Assembly: GCA_965237415.1 (NCBI GenBank) | Contig: CBDEFM010000002.1 | Location: 288,001-352,000, forward strand | Source: Alphaproteobacteria bacterium | GTDB taxonomy: Bacteria; Pseudomonadota; Alphaproteobacteria; UBA828 | Direction of reading: 5' to 3' | DNA: 64,000 bases | Shown here: piece after piece, positions 1 to 8,840 of the stretch | How positions within the stretch are numbered: the first letter of the stretch is position 1 | Layout of the letters: each line of letters opens with the position of its first letter | Program-made: the position numbers and the translations under genes | Notes under the pieces: generated by a model | What the model was told of the DNA's origin: nothing | The model's database searches: none | Seen by the model: only the letters and a program-made list of their open reading frames with translations

Positions 1-124
1 AGTCCTCGGCGAACCAGAGATCGGAGAAGCCGCAACGCTCGACCTGCCGGCTCAGCCCGACGACATTGCCCGGCGCTACGTCGCCGAGGATGAAGACGCC
101 TACAGGGCGGGAGGCGGTGGGCAT
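1..124 (-). CDS. LLM-class flavin-dependent oxidoreductase, N-terminal part (runs off the window edge)
   Basis: Manual translation from ATG at 124: MPTASRPVGVFILGDVAPGNVVGLSRQVERCGFSDLWFAED. The GFxxxWxAE motif is typical of the luciferase-like monooxygenase N-terminus. Confidence 0.65.
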   Translation of the reverse strand, partial: MPTASRPVGVFILGDVAPGNVVGLSRQVERCGFSDLWFAED

Positions 125-136
125 CGGCGTCGTTCC

Positions 137-1459
137 TTACCAGTTCATGTAGGCCTGGACGGCCTCGTCGGGGACCAGACCCGCCGCGACGTCGCCGAGG
201 GCCTTGTCGATAATTGCGAGGCCTTCCTCGCATTCCGCATCGCTCAGGACGAGCGGCGGCGTGATCTCCAGAACGTTCGCCGCGAGCCCCACATAGATGA
301 AGCTCGCGCCGAGCTCGTAGGCGCGCACGATCACCTTGGCCGTCGTGGTCGCCGGGACCGGCGCGCGGCTCTTGCGGTCCGTCACCAGATCGACCCCGAT
401 CGCGAGGCCGCGGCCGCGCACGTCGCCGATCATCTCGTGCCGCTCGGCGAGCTGCCTGAGGCCCTCCATCAGCGCCCCGCCCAGCTGCGCGGCTCGGCTC
501 GGGAGATCCGCGTCGAGCACGGTGCGGAGCACGGCGAGCCCGGCGGCGGTGCAGACCGGATTGCCGCCCGTGGTCTGGATCGCGAAGGCGGGGCGATGGT
601 CCATGATCGCCGCCGGCCCGATCAGCGCAGACAGCGGTAGCCCGCCGCCGAGCCCCTTCCCGAGAACGACCATGTCGGGCTCCAGCCCTTCGTGGCTGAA
701 GGCATGGAGCGCGCCGCTGCGCCCGAGGCCCACCTTGACCTCGTCGAGGACGGTGAGGATGCCGTGCCTCCGGCAGCGTTCCTCCAGCGCCTTGAGGAAG
801 CCTGCGGGCGGCACGATCAAGCCGCCGTCCGACATGATCGGCTCGATGAAGACCGCCGCTACCTGCTCCGGCGGGCAGGTCGTCTCGAACTGGTAGTCGA
901 GCATGTCGAGCACGGCCTCGGGCGAAAACCGCGGCCGGTAGGGGTCGGGATAGGGCAGCAGCAACAGGCCGGGTCGGGGCAACGTGTGGGTCATCGCCGT
1001 GTGGCCCGAGATGCTAATCGAGCCCGCCACGCCGCCGTGGTAGGAGCCGATGAAGGAGATGAAGCGGGGGCGGCCGGTCGCGGCCTCCAGCACGCGGGCG
1101 GCAGCATCGTTGGCGTCGGAGCCCGAGTGGCCGTACCAGACGCGTCGCTCGGCGTCTCCCGGCATCGTCTCCAGCAGCGCCTCGGCGAGGGCCGCCGCCG
1201 GCTCGTTCGGATACATGAGCAGGCTCGCGCCCGCCATGTCGGCCATCGCCTTGGTCACGGCCTCGGTCACGGCGGGATGGCCATAGCCGAGGCTTGCCGC
1301 CGTCGCCGAGGCGGAGAGGTCGAGGATGGCGCGGCCGTCGTCGGCCGTGAGGTACGATCCGCGCCCACCGCGTGCGGCGAGCGGGTTGAAGCGCAGCTTC
1401 TGGATGCCAGCGATCGCGGCGTCGTCACGCTCGCCAAGCGTCGCGTTCGAGGTCGCCAT
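137..1459 (-). CDS. Class III PLP-dependent aminotransferase family enzyme (GABA-AT fold, possibly an amino-acid racemase/epimerase)
   Basis: SGSDAND, SYHG, EPIMSDGG, DEVKVGLGRSG, PLP lysine in VLGKGLGGG, DVRGRGL. Confidence 0.9.
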   Translation of the reverse strand: MATSNATLGERDDAAIAGIQKLRFNPLAARGGRGSYLTADDGRAILDLSASATAASLGYGHPAVTEAVTKAMADMAGASLLMYPNEPAAALAEALLETMPGDAERRVWYGHSGSDANDAAARVLEAATGRPRFISFIGSYHGGVAGSISISGHTAMTHTLPRPGLLLLPYPDPYRPRFSPEAVLDMLDYQFETTCPPEQVAAVFIEPIMSDGGLIVPPAGFLKALEERCRRHGILTVLDEVKVGLGRSGALHAFSHEGLEPDMVVLGKGLGGGLPLSALIGPAAIMDHRPAFAIQTTGGNPVCTAAGLAVLRTVLDADLPSRAAQLGGALMEGLRQLAERHEMIGDVRGRGLAIGVDLVTDRKSRAPVPATTTAKVIVRAYELGASFIYVGLAANVLEITPPLVLSDAECEEGLAIIDKALGDVAAGLVPDEAVQAYMNW

Positions 1460-1526
1460 GCCGTTGCCTCCGTCGTTGCCGCCGCCGCCATGCGCCTCAT
1501 GGCGATCGCCGACGGTGGACAGCCGA

Positions 1527-2252
1527 TCACGTCATATGAGGCGCTAGTGCCTCCCGCAGCACCGGCGCGACCGCATCGATCCCGGGCGTGTCGGAATGAA
1601 TGCACACCGTCTCGACACGGATCGGGATATCGATGCCGTCCACCGATGTCACCGTGCCCTCCTCGATCGCGCGGAGCGTGCGCTTGGCGGCAGCCGCCGG
1701 GTCGTAGGGCTCGTGCTCACGCGTGATGATGAGGTTGCAGTCCCGGTCGTATTCCAGATCGGCATAGAACTCGGGCCACCAGGGCAGGCCGCACCGCGAG
1801 TAGACGGTGTCGTGCATGGTGCCGGCCTGGCCGATCAGCGGCACGCCGAAGACCTCCGCGGCATCGGCCGCCGCCTCGGCGCAGTGTTCGTACTTCGAGG
1901 TCATGCCGAAGAGCGCGCCGTGGGGCTTGATGTGGTTGAGGGGCGCGCCGGCCGCTTCCAGGAAGCCCTTGAGCGCGCCGACCTGGTAGATCAGGAGATC
2001 GCGCAGTTCCTCGCGCTCCATCTGCATCTCGCGGCGGCCGAAGCCCTGGCGGTCGGGGAGCGACGGGTGCGCGCCGACCTTCACGCCGTGCGCCAGCGCG
2101 AGGCGGACGGTCGCGTGCATGACCGACGGGTCCGACGCATGAAAGCCGCAGGCGACATTGGCGATGCTGATGAAGGGCATGATCCGCTCATCGTTGCCGA
2201 AGGTGTAGAGGCCGTACCCTTCGCCGATGTCGCAGTTGATGGTGATCGCCAT
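1527..2252 (-). CDS. pxpA: 5-oxoprolinase subunit A (LamB/YcsF family)
   Basis: INCDIGEGYG, ANVACGFHA, GAHPSLPDRQGFGRR, HIKPHGAL, TVCIHSDTP. Start moved to ATG 2252, preceded by GGAG. Confidence 0.92.
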   Translation of the reverse strand: MAITINCDIGEGYGLYTFGNDERIMPFISIANVACGFHASDPSVMHATVRLALAHGVKVGAHPSLPDRQGFGRREMQMEREELRDLLIYQVGALKGFLEAAGAPLNHIKPHGALFGMTSKYEHCAEAAADAAEVFGVPLIGQAGTMHDTVYSRCGLPWWPEFYADLEYDRDCNLIITREHEPYDPAAAAKRTLRAIEEGTVTSVDGIDIPIRVETVCIHSDTPGIDAVAPVLREALAPHMT

Positions 2253-2317
2253 GGCTCGCTCCCCGCTCCCCGGTGGCGTGAAACACTGCACGGGCGGCAC
2301 CGGCCAGTCAAAGCGGT

Positions 2318-2485
2318 TCAGACGTCCCGCGTGGTGATTGGGTTGACGATGTTGAGGCGGGTGATGAAGCGCTGGAAGACGAGGGCCAGAACCAGCGGCG
2401 GCACGATCGAGAGCGTGCTGGCCGCGGCAAAGAGAACCATGGGCGTGGCCCCTATGGAGCCGAGCGGCGAGATCGCGAGCAGAGC
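2318..2485 (-). pseudogene. C-terminal remnant of a carbohydrate-type ABC transporter permease
   Basis: Manual translation LAISPLGSIGATPMVLFAAASTLSIVPPLVLALVFQRFITRLNIVNPITTRDV* matches the AAstl..vP.lvl.lvFQR C-terminal pattern of CUT1 permeases. The upstream part is missing. Confidence 0.6.
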
Positions 2486-2491
2486 CGGCGA

Positions 2492-3433
2492 GAGGGGGAA
2501 GTTCGCCTCAAGATCGAGGCGTTCGGCCTCAACCGAGGGGAGATCATGTTCCGGGCTGGCGCATATGTTGCGTCACCCAAGTTCCCGTCTCGCATCGGAC
2601 TTGAGGCGAGCGGCGTGATCGATGCAGTCGGGCCAGGCGTGACGGACTTCGCGATTGGCGACCGCGCCACCACCGTGCCCTACCTCTCCTGGGACAAATG
2701 GGGCAACTGGACGCCCGAGTCGGCTATCAAGTACGGCGTCTATGGCGAGAGCGCGGTGGTGCCGGCATTTTGCGTCGCCCGCAGCCCGGAGGGGATTTCA
2801 GCCGTAGAGCGCGGGGCGATCTGGAGCCAGTACGCGACCGCCTGGGGCGGGCTCGTGGATTGCGCCGGCGTATCGTCCGACGACATCGTGCTGGTCACGG
2901 CGGCGAGCAACAGCGCCGCGCTCGGCGGGTTGCAGATCGCGAAGAACGCCGGCGCCATGGTCATCGCTGCGACACGCAGGTCGGACAAGGCGGAATTCTT
3001 GCGGGGCGCCGGCGCCGATCACGTCATTGTCATCGAGGAGGAGGACCTCGAGTCCCGTGTGAAGGAGATCACCGGCGGCCAGGGTTTCACCATCGCCTAC
3101 GATCCCGTGGGCGGCGCCTTCATCGGCGACCTCGTCGCGGCGGCGCAGCCCTGCGGCCTCATCGTCAGCTACGGCAACCTCCGCACCGAGCCCATCGACA
3201 TCCCCATCCTGCCGATGCTGGCGAAGCGACTCGCCATCAAGTTCCACAGCGTGTTCGACACGGTTCGGCTGCCCGAAAAGCGCGCCGCCTGCTTTGCCTT
3301 CGTGCACGATCAGGTGGCCGCCGTAGAGCTGAAGGTGATCGTCGACCGGACCTTCCCCCTCGAGCAGGTCGTGGACGCGCACCGCTACATGGAATCCAAC
3401 GTGCAGCGGGGGAAGATCGTCGTCACGACCTGA
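2492..3433 (+). CDS. MDR-family NADPH:quinone oxidoreductase-like protein, N-terminus apparently truncated
   Basis: In-frame EGEVRLKIEAFGLNRGEI lies upstream of the track ATG (2546), but the first ~25-30 residues and a start codon are missing. GLEASGVIDAVG, VLVTAASNSAAL and QRGKIVV are present. Confidence 0.8.
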   Translation, partial: EGEVRLKIEAFGLNRGEIMFRAGAYVASPKFPSRIGLEASGVIDAVGPGVTDFAIGDRATTVPYLSWDKWGNWTPESAIKYGVYGESAVVPAFCVARSPEGISAVERGAIWSQYATAWGGLVDCAGVSSDDIVLVTAASNSAALGGLQIAKNAGAMVIAATRRSDKAEFLRGAGADHVIVIEEEDLESRVKEITGGQGFTIAYDPVGGAFIGDLVAAAQPCGLIVSYGNLRTEPIDIPILPMLAKRLAIKFHSVFDTVRLPEKRAACFAFVHDQVAAVELKVIVDRTFPLEQVVDAHRYMESNVQRGKIVVTT

Positions 3434-3530
3434 CGCGCGCCGGACGTCACGCCTTCCAGGCTGGACGCCGTTGGTACGCCCGTAGCGGCGGGATAGACTG
3501 CCGCCAGCGGATGGGGCGGGGAGGCGACAC

Positions 3531-4925
3531 ATGGGCGACGGTTTCATTCATCCTTACGTGCCGAATGCGGCACCTGCGCCGAGACGGAAGCTGCTGGAGG
3601 CGATCGGCGCCGGCGACGTGACCGATCTCTATGCCGCAATCCCGGAGGTGCTCAAGGTCAAGGGATTGCTCGACTTGCCGCCGGCGCTTCCCGGCGAGCA
3701 GGACCTGCGACGGCACCTCGAGGAGATCGTTGCCCGCAACCAGCCCTGCACAGGGACCTGGCTCAACTTTTGCGGCGCCGGCTGCGCGCAGCATTACGTG
3801 CCGGCGATCGTGGACGAGATCGTCCATCGCGGCGAGCTGCTCACCGCCTACGGCGGCGGCACCTATTCCGACCACGGCAAGAACCAGGCGCTCTTCGAGT
3901 TTCAAAGCCTGATGGGCGAGCTGGTGGGGATGGAGGTGGTCTCGACCCCCACCTACGACGCCGGTGCGGCGACCGGCAGCGCCGCGACGATGGCCTGCCG
4001 CATCACCGGCCGGCGCGGTGTCCTCGTGCCGGAGACCATGAGCGCCGACCGGCGCTCGCAGCTGCAGGGCTTCACCAAGCCGTTCGCGACGGTGGAGACC
4101 GTTGCCCGCGATCCCGAGACCGGGTGCACCGACCTCGCCGACCTACGCGCCAAGGTCTCGGGCGAGACCGCCGCAGTGGTGATCGAGAGCCCCGGCTATC
4201 TCGGCCTCATCGAGACCGAGGCGGCGACCATCGCCGACATCGCCCATGACGCCGGCGCCATTCTGATCGCGGGCGTCGACCCGATCTCCCTCGGCGTGCT
4301 GGCAACGCCCGCCGACTATGGCGCCGACCTTGTCGTCGGCGATCTGCAGCCGCTCGGCATTCACATGTATGCCGGCGGCGGCAACGGCGGCTTCATCGCG
4401 AGCCGGGACGAGGCGCGCTTCGTCGCGGAATATCCTTCCATCCTCTTCAGCATCGCGCCGGCGGCGGAGGGCGAGGGCTTCGGCTTCGCCTGGTCCACCA
4501 TGGAGCGCACCTCCTACGACACCCGCCACGATGCCACCGATTACACCGGCACGACCCAGTGGATCTGGGGCATCGGGGCTGCGGTCTATCTCTCGCTCAT
4601 GGGGCCCGAAGGCATGGCCGAGCTCGGCCGCGGCATCATGCAGCGCGCCTGCTACGCGGCGGAGCGGATCGCAGCGCTCCCCGGCGTCTCGGTGCCGCAT
4701 CTGGAGCAACCATTCTTCAAGGAGTTCGTCGTCGATTTCTCCGGCACCGGCACGACGGTCGCGTCCATCAATGCGGCGCTGCGCGAAGCAGAGATTCACG
4801 GCGGCAAGGATTTGAGCGGCGAGTTCCCGGCGCTCGGACAGTCGGCCCTCTACTGCGTGACCGAGCTGCACGGAGCGGCCGAGATCGACAGACTGGTCTC
4901 TGCGCTCGGGGAGGCAATCCGATGA
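3531..4925 (+). CDS. gcvPA: Glycine dehydrogenase (decarboxylating) subunit 1-like, divergent
   Basis: HPYVPN, FCGAGCAQHYVP, QALFEFQSLMGELVGM, DPISLGVL..PADYGADLVVGDLQPLG, FFKEFVV, LYCVTE. Confidence 0.9.
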   Translation: MGDGFIHPYVPNAAPAPRRKLLEAIGAGDVTDLYAAIPEVLKVKGLLDLPPALPGEQDLRRHLEEIVARNQPCTGTWLNFCGAGCAQHYVPAIVDEIVHRGELLTAYGGGTYSDHGKNQALFEFQSLMGELVGMEVVSTPTYDAGAATGSAATMACRITGRRGVLVPETMSADRRSQLQGFTKPFATVETVARDPETGCTDLADLRAKVSGETAAVVIESPGYLGLIETEAATIADIAHDAGAILIAGVDPISLGVLATPADYGADLVVGDLQPLGIHMYAGGGNGGFIASRDEARFVAEYPSILFSIAPAAEGEGFGFAWSTMERTSYDTRHDATDYTGTTQWIWGIGAAVYLSLMGPEGMAELGRGIMQRACYAAERIAALPGVSVPHLEQPFFKEFVVDFSGTGTTVASINAALREAEIHGGKDLSGEFPALGQSALYCVTELHGAAEIDRLVSALGEAIR

Positions 4926-6523
4926 GCGAGCGCACGGGAAGCGGCTTCCACGCCGCACGCTGGGACGAGCCCCTGATCGACGAGATCGGCGGAGAAGGCG
5001 GGCGCGGCCTGCTGCCGCCGGCGGTGGACGACGCGATCGTCGAGGCCGTTGGCGACGTCGTCGCAGCGCTGCCCGAGGGGGTAGGGCGGGCCGCGCCGCC
5101 GGCATTGCCCGCACTGCCGCAGCACCGCGTGCTCCGGCACTTCCTCAGGCTCTCGCAGATGTCCATGGGCTTCGATGTGACCGCCGACATGATGGGCACC
5201 TGCACCATGAAATACAGTCCCAAGGTGCACGAATACGTCGCGCGCATGCCGGGCTTCGCCGATGTCCACCCCTTGCAGGACCCGGAGACGCTGCAGGGCA
5301 CGCTGGAGATCCTCTACCGCTTCAACCGCATGATGTGCCAGGTCGCGGGCATGGACGCGTTCACCTTCCAGCCGGCGAGCGGGGCGCAGGGCATCTACAC
5401 CAATGCGTGCCTGATCCGCGCCTATCACGCCTCGCGCGGCGAGGGTGGGCAGCGCGACGAGATCATCACCACCGCCTTCTCGCACCCGGCCGACGCGGCG
5501 ACTCCGGCGGTGGCCGGATTCAAGGTCATCACCCTCATGCCGGGGGAGATGGGCTTCGCCGAGGTCGATGCGCTCAAGGCCGCAGTGTCGGAACGCACCG
5601 CCGGCCTGATGCTGACGAACCCCGAGGACACCGGGCTGTACAACCCGAACATCCGCGAGTTCGTGGACATCGTGCACGAGGCCGGCGGGCTTTGCGCCTA
5701 CGACCAGGCCAACGGCAACCCGCTGCTGGGCATCGTCCGCGCCGGCGATACCGGCTTCGACATGTGCCAGTTCAACCTTCACAAGACCTTCTCCGCGCCC
5801 CACGGGGCCATCGGCTTGGGCTGCGCTGCGGTCGGCGTCAAGGCACATCTGGAGCGCTTCCTGCCGCGCCCGATCGTGACCTGGGACGGCGAGCGCTACG
5901 GCCTCGACCACGATCCGGGGGAGGGGATCGAGAAGATCCGCGCCTTCATCGGCAACGTGCACGCGGTGCTGAAGGCCTATGCCTGGGTGCGCAGCCTCGG
6001 CGCCGAGGGCCTGCGCGCCGTCGCCGAGACCTCGGTGCTCAACAACAACTACATGCTGCACCGCATCAGGCAAATCGAGGGCACGTCGATCCCCTGGCCC
6101 AAGAACACCTATCCCAAGCTGGAACAGGTCCGCTACAGCTGGGAGCCGCTCTATGAAGAGACAGGCGTCGCCAGCCACGATGTGATGAACCGCATGGTCG
6201 ATTTCGGCGTGCAGCACTACATGGAGAGCCATGTGCCGATGCTGGTGCCGCAGCCCTTCACCCTGGAGCCGGGCGAATCCCTCACCATCGAGGAGATGGA
6301 TCACGTGCTCGACGCGCTGCGCCGCATCGCCGAGGAGGCCCGCACCGCGCCGGAGCATGTGAAGGCGGCTCCCCACTGCGCCGCTACCCAGGCCGTCGAC
6401 GGCGACGTGGCAGAAGATCCCGACTGCTGGGCCTTCACGGGGCGTGCCTATCGGCGCAAGCGGGGGAATTGGGCCAACGTCAAGCGCGGCCTGGGCGATC
6501 ACGGGGGCGGCGGTTACGGCTGA
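4922..6523 (+). CDS. gcvPB: Glycine dehydrogenase (decarboxylating) subunit 2-like, divergent
   Basis: ATG 4922 overlaps the gcvPA stop (ATGA). GTCTMKYSPK, HPLQ, GLMLTNPEDTG, DQANGN, PLP lysine in NLHKTF, LNNNY. Confidence 0.9.
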   Translation: MSERTGSGFHAARWDEPLIDEIGGEGGRGLLPPAVDDAIVEAVGDVVAALPEGVGRAAPPALPALPQHRVLRHFLRLSQMSMGFDVTADMMGTCTMKYSPKVHEYVARMPGFADVHPLQDPETLQGTLEILYRFNRMMCQVAGMDAFTFQPASGAQGIYTNACLIRAYHASRGEGGQRDEIITTAFSHPADAATPAVAGFKVITLMPGEMGFAEVDALKAAVSERTAGLMLTNPEDTGLYNPNIREFVDIVHEAGGLCAYDQANGNPLLGIVRAGDTGFDMCQFNLHKTFSAPHGAIGLGCAAVGVKAHLERFLPRPIVTWDGERYGLDHDPGEGIEKIRAFIGNVHAVLKAYAWVRSLGAEGLRAVAETSVLNNNYMLHRIRQIEGTSIPWPKNTYPKLEQVRYSWEPLYEETGVASHDVMNRMVDFGVQHYMESHVPMLVPQPFTLEPGESLTIEEMDHVLDALRRIAEEARTAPEHVKAAPHCAATQAVDGDVAEDPDCWAFTGRAYRRKRGNWANVKRGLGDHGGGGYG

Positions 6524-6533
6524 TCGGCCTACC

Positions 6534-7661
6534 TTGGGCCGGCCTACGCTCGGCCTCATCGTCAACCCCATCGCCGGCATGGGCGGGAGCGTCGGGCTCA
6601 AGGGCACGGACACGGCGGCGATCCTGAGCGAAGCCCGCGCCCGCGGCGCGGAACCGCAGTCGGGACGGCGAGCGAGAGTGGTGCTCAATGCGCTCGCCAG
6701 TGCGCGACCCGGCCTGGAGCTTCTCTGCGCCCCCGGTGAGATGGGCGAGCGGATCGCCCGAGACGCGGGCCTTTGCCCGATCGTCGTCGGCGTTCCGGCC
6801 GAGGGCGAGACCGGCGCGGCGGACACGCGCGCCGCGGCTGAGGCCATGGCGGTCGCCGGTGCGCGGCTCATCCTCTTCGCCGGCGGCGACGGCACCGCGC
6901 GCGACATGGCGGCCGCTCTCGATGACCGCGACCGGGTGCCGGTGATCGGCGTGCCGGCAGGCGTGAAGATGCACTCGGCGGTCTACGCCACCAGCCCGCG
7001 CGCCGCCGCCGACCTCGCGCTGCGCGCGTTGACCCAGGATATCGAGGCGCGGCCGCGGGAGGTCATGGATATCGACGAGGAGGCCTTTCGTGCCGGCGCC
7101 GTCTCGGCTAGGCTTTATGGGTATATGCCAGTGCCTTATTCCCCCGACCTCACCCAGAACATGAAGGCGGGCGGGGTGAGCGGCGACCGCGAAGCGCTCT
7201 GCGGTATCGCCGCCGAGGTCGCCGGCCGGATGGAGGCGGGGCGGCTCTACATCCTAGGGCCGGGCACCACCACGCGGGCGGTCACCGAAGCGCTCGGCCT
7301 GCCAAAGACCCTGCTCGGCGTCGACCTGGTGCGGGACGGGGCGTTGGTGGCTGCCGACGCGAGCGAAGACGATATCATTCGCGCGCTGGCTGATGGCCGA
7401 CCCGGCGCAATCGTCGTCACCCCCATCGGCGGCCAGGGGCACTTCCTCGGGCGCGGCAACCAGCAGATCGGGGCACGCGTGGTGCGGGCGGTGGGCCTCG
7501 ACCGGCTCCTTGTCGCCGCGACGCCGGAGAAGCTCGCGTCCTTGCGCGACGGCACCCTTCATGTCGATACCGGCGATCCCGCGCTCGACCGTGCGCTCGC
7601 CGGCTGGCGCCGCGTGATCACCGGCTTCGGCGGCGAGGCGGTGTGCCGGGTAGCGGCATGA
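6534..7661 (+). CDS. ATP-NAD kinase-like family protein (COG3199/AcoX-related); start uncertain
   Basis: GLIVNPIAGMGGSVGLKGTD, FAGGDGTARD (GGDGT kinase motif), GVPAGVKMHS, GRGNQQ, VDTGD. Confidence 0.85.
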   Translation: MGRPTLGLIVNPIAGMGGSVGLKGTDTAAILSEARARGAEPQSGRRARVVLNALASARPGLELLCAPGEMGERIARDAGLCPIVVGVPAEGETGAADTRAAAEAMAVAGARLILFAGGDGTARDMAAALDDRDRVPVIGVPAGVKMHSAVYATSPRAAADLALRALTQDIEARPREVMDIDEEAFRAGAVSARLYGYMPVPYSPDLTQNMKAGGVSGDREALCGIAAEVAGRMEAGRLYILGPGTTTRAVTEALGLPKTLLGVDLVRDGALVAADASEDDIIRALADGRPGAIVVTPIGGQGHFLGRGNQQIGARVVRAVGLDRLLVAATPEKLASLRDGTLHVDTGDPALDRALAGWRRVITGFGGEAVCRVAA

Positions 7662-7761
7662 GCAGCGACAGCAGAGGCTCTGCCCCGCCTCTATCCCTTG
7701 AGCCGCGGCGGGCCTTTCCGCAGGATTGCGCCGCCGCGCCTGCCGGCGCGCGGGAGGGGAT

Positions 7762-8772
7762 ATGACGACGCTATCCTGGGGCGTGCTCGGCGCCTCGCTC
7801 TTCGCCATCGAGCACATGATACCGGCGCTGCAACAGGCCGCCGGGGTCCGCGTCCACGGCATCGCGAGCCGTGAGCTGGCCAAGGCCGAGGCGGTGGCCC
7901 AGCGCTTCGGCTTGGCCCAGGCCTACGGCGACTACGACTCCCTGCTCGCCGACCCCGCGATCGACGTGGTCTACAACCCACTGCCCAACCATCTCCATGT
8001 CCCTTGGACGGTGAAGGCGGCGCGCGCCGGTAAGCACGTGCTGTGCGAAAAGCCGATCGCGCTCGACGCCGCCGAGGCCGCCAGCCTGATCTCCCTTCGC
8101 GACGAGACCGGCCTGCAGATTCAGGAGGCCTACGTCGTGCTGCACCACCCGCAGTGGCAGCGGGTGAGGGCGCTCGTGCGTGAGGGCCGCATCGGCCGGG
8201 TGCGGGCGATTCAGGGCTGGTTCAGCTACCGGCTGGAAGACCCCGACAACATCCGCAACAAGCGGGAGATGGGCGGCGGCGGGCTGCTCGACATCGGTGT
8301 CTATCCGCTGCTCACCGCGCGCTACGTCTTCGGCGCCGAGCCAGTGCGGGTCTTCGCCGCCATCGAGCGGCACCCCACATGGGACGTGGACATACTGACC
8401 AGCGCGGTGCTGGCCTTCCCCGACGGCATCCTGAACTTCACCTGCAGCACGCTGCTTGCCGGCCACCAATTCATGGCTGTCCACGGCGACGAAGGGCGGA
8501 TCGAGCTGCCCGATCCCTTTGCCCAGTCGCCGAGCCGCGAGGCCCGAATTGCGATCCACGGTTCGGGCGAGATCTGGGAGCCCTTCGACGCGGAGGTCGA
8601 GACGCTGGCGAAGGTCAATCAGTACGTGCCGCAGGCCGAGGCGTTCTGCACGGCCGTGCGGGGCGAGGCGCCGCCGGCCTTCCCGCTGGAGGAGTCGATC
8701 AAGATGCTGCGCATCCTCGACGCGCTCGCGCGTTCGGGCGAGAGCGGCCGGTGGGAGAAAGTCGGCGCCTGA
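7762..8772 (+). CDS. Gfo/Idh/MocA family oxidoreductase
   Basis: VYNPLPNHLH, GKHVLCEKP, GGGGLLDIGVY. RBS GGAGGGG before ATG 7762. Confidence 0.92.
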   Translation: MTTLSWGVLGASLFAIEHMIPALQQAAGVRVHGIASRELAKAEAVAQRFGLAQAYGDYDSLLADPAIDVVYNPLPNHLHVPWTVKAARAGKHVLCEKPIALDAAEAASLISLRDETGLQIQEAYVVLHHPQWQRVRALVREGRIGRVRAIQGWFSYRLEDPDNIRNKREMGGGGLLDIGVYPLLTARYVFGAEPVRVFAAIERHPTWDVDILTSAVLAFPDGILNFTCSTLLAGHQFMAVHGDEGRIELPDPFAQSPSREARIAIHGSGEIWEPFDAEVETLAKVNQYVPQAEAFCTAVRGEAPPAFPLEESIKMLRILDALARSGESGRWEKVGA

Positions 8773-8840
8773 GCACCGGATGTTACGGGCTGCGCGCGCT
8801 GCTATAACTGGCCGGATCAGGCCGGGGCGGGGACGGGGAC

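Noticed and set aside
3434-3530. Glycine riboswitch upstream of gcvPA
   Set aside because: No GGAGA/CCGAAG/CTCTCAGG aptamer elements are present, and the spacer is under 100 bp.
6525-6554. Imperfect 15-bp tandem duplication (RPTLG RPTLG) at the start of the kinase-like gene
   Set aside because: A local micro-duplication that only makes the start codon ambiguous.
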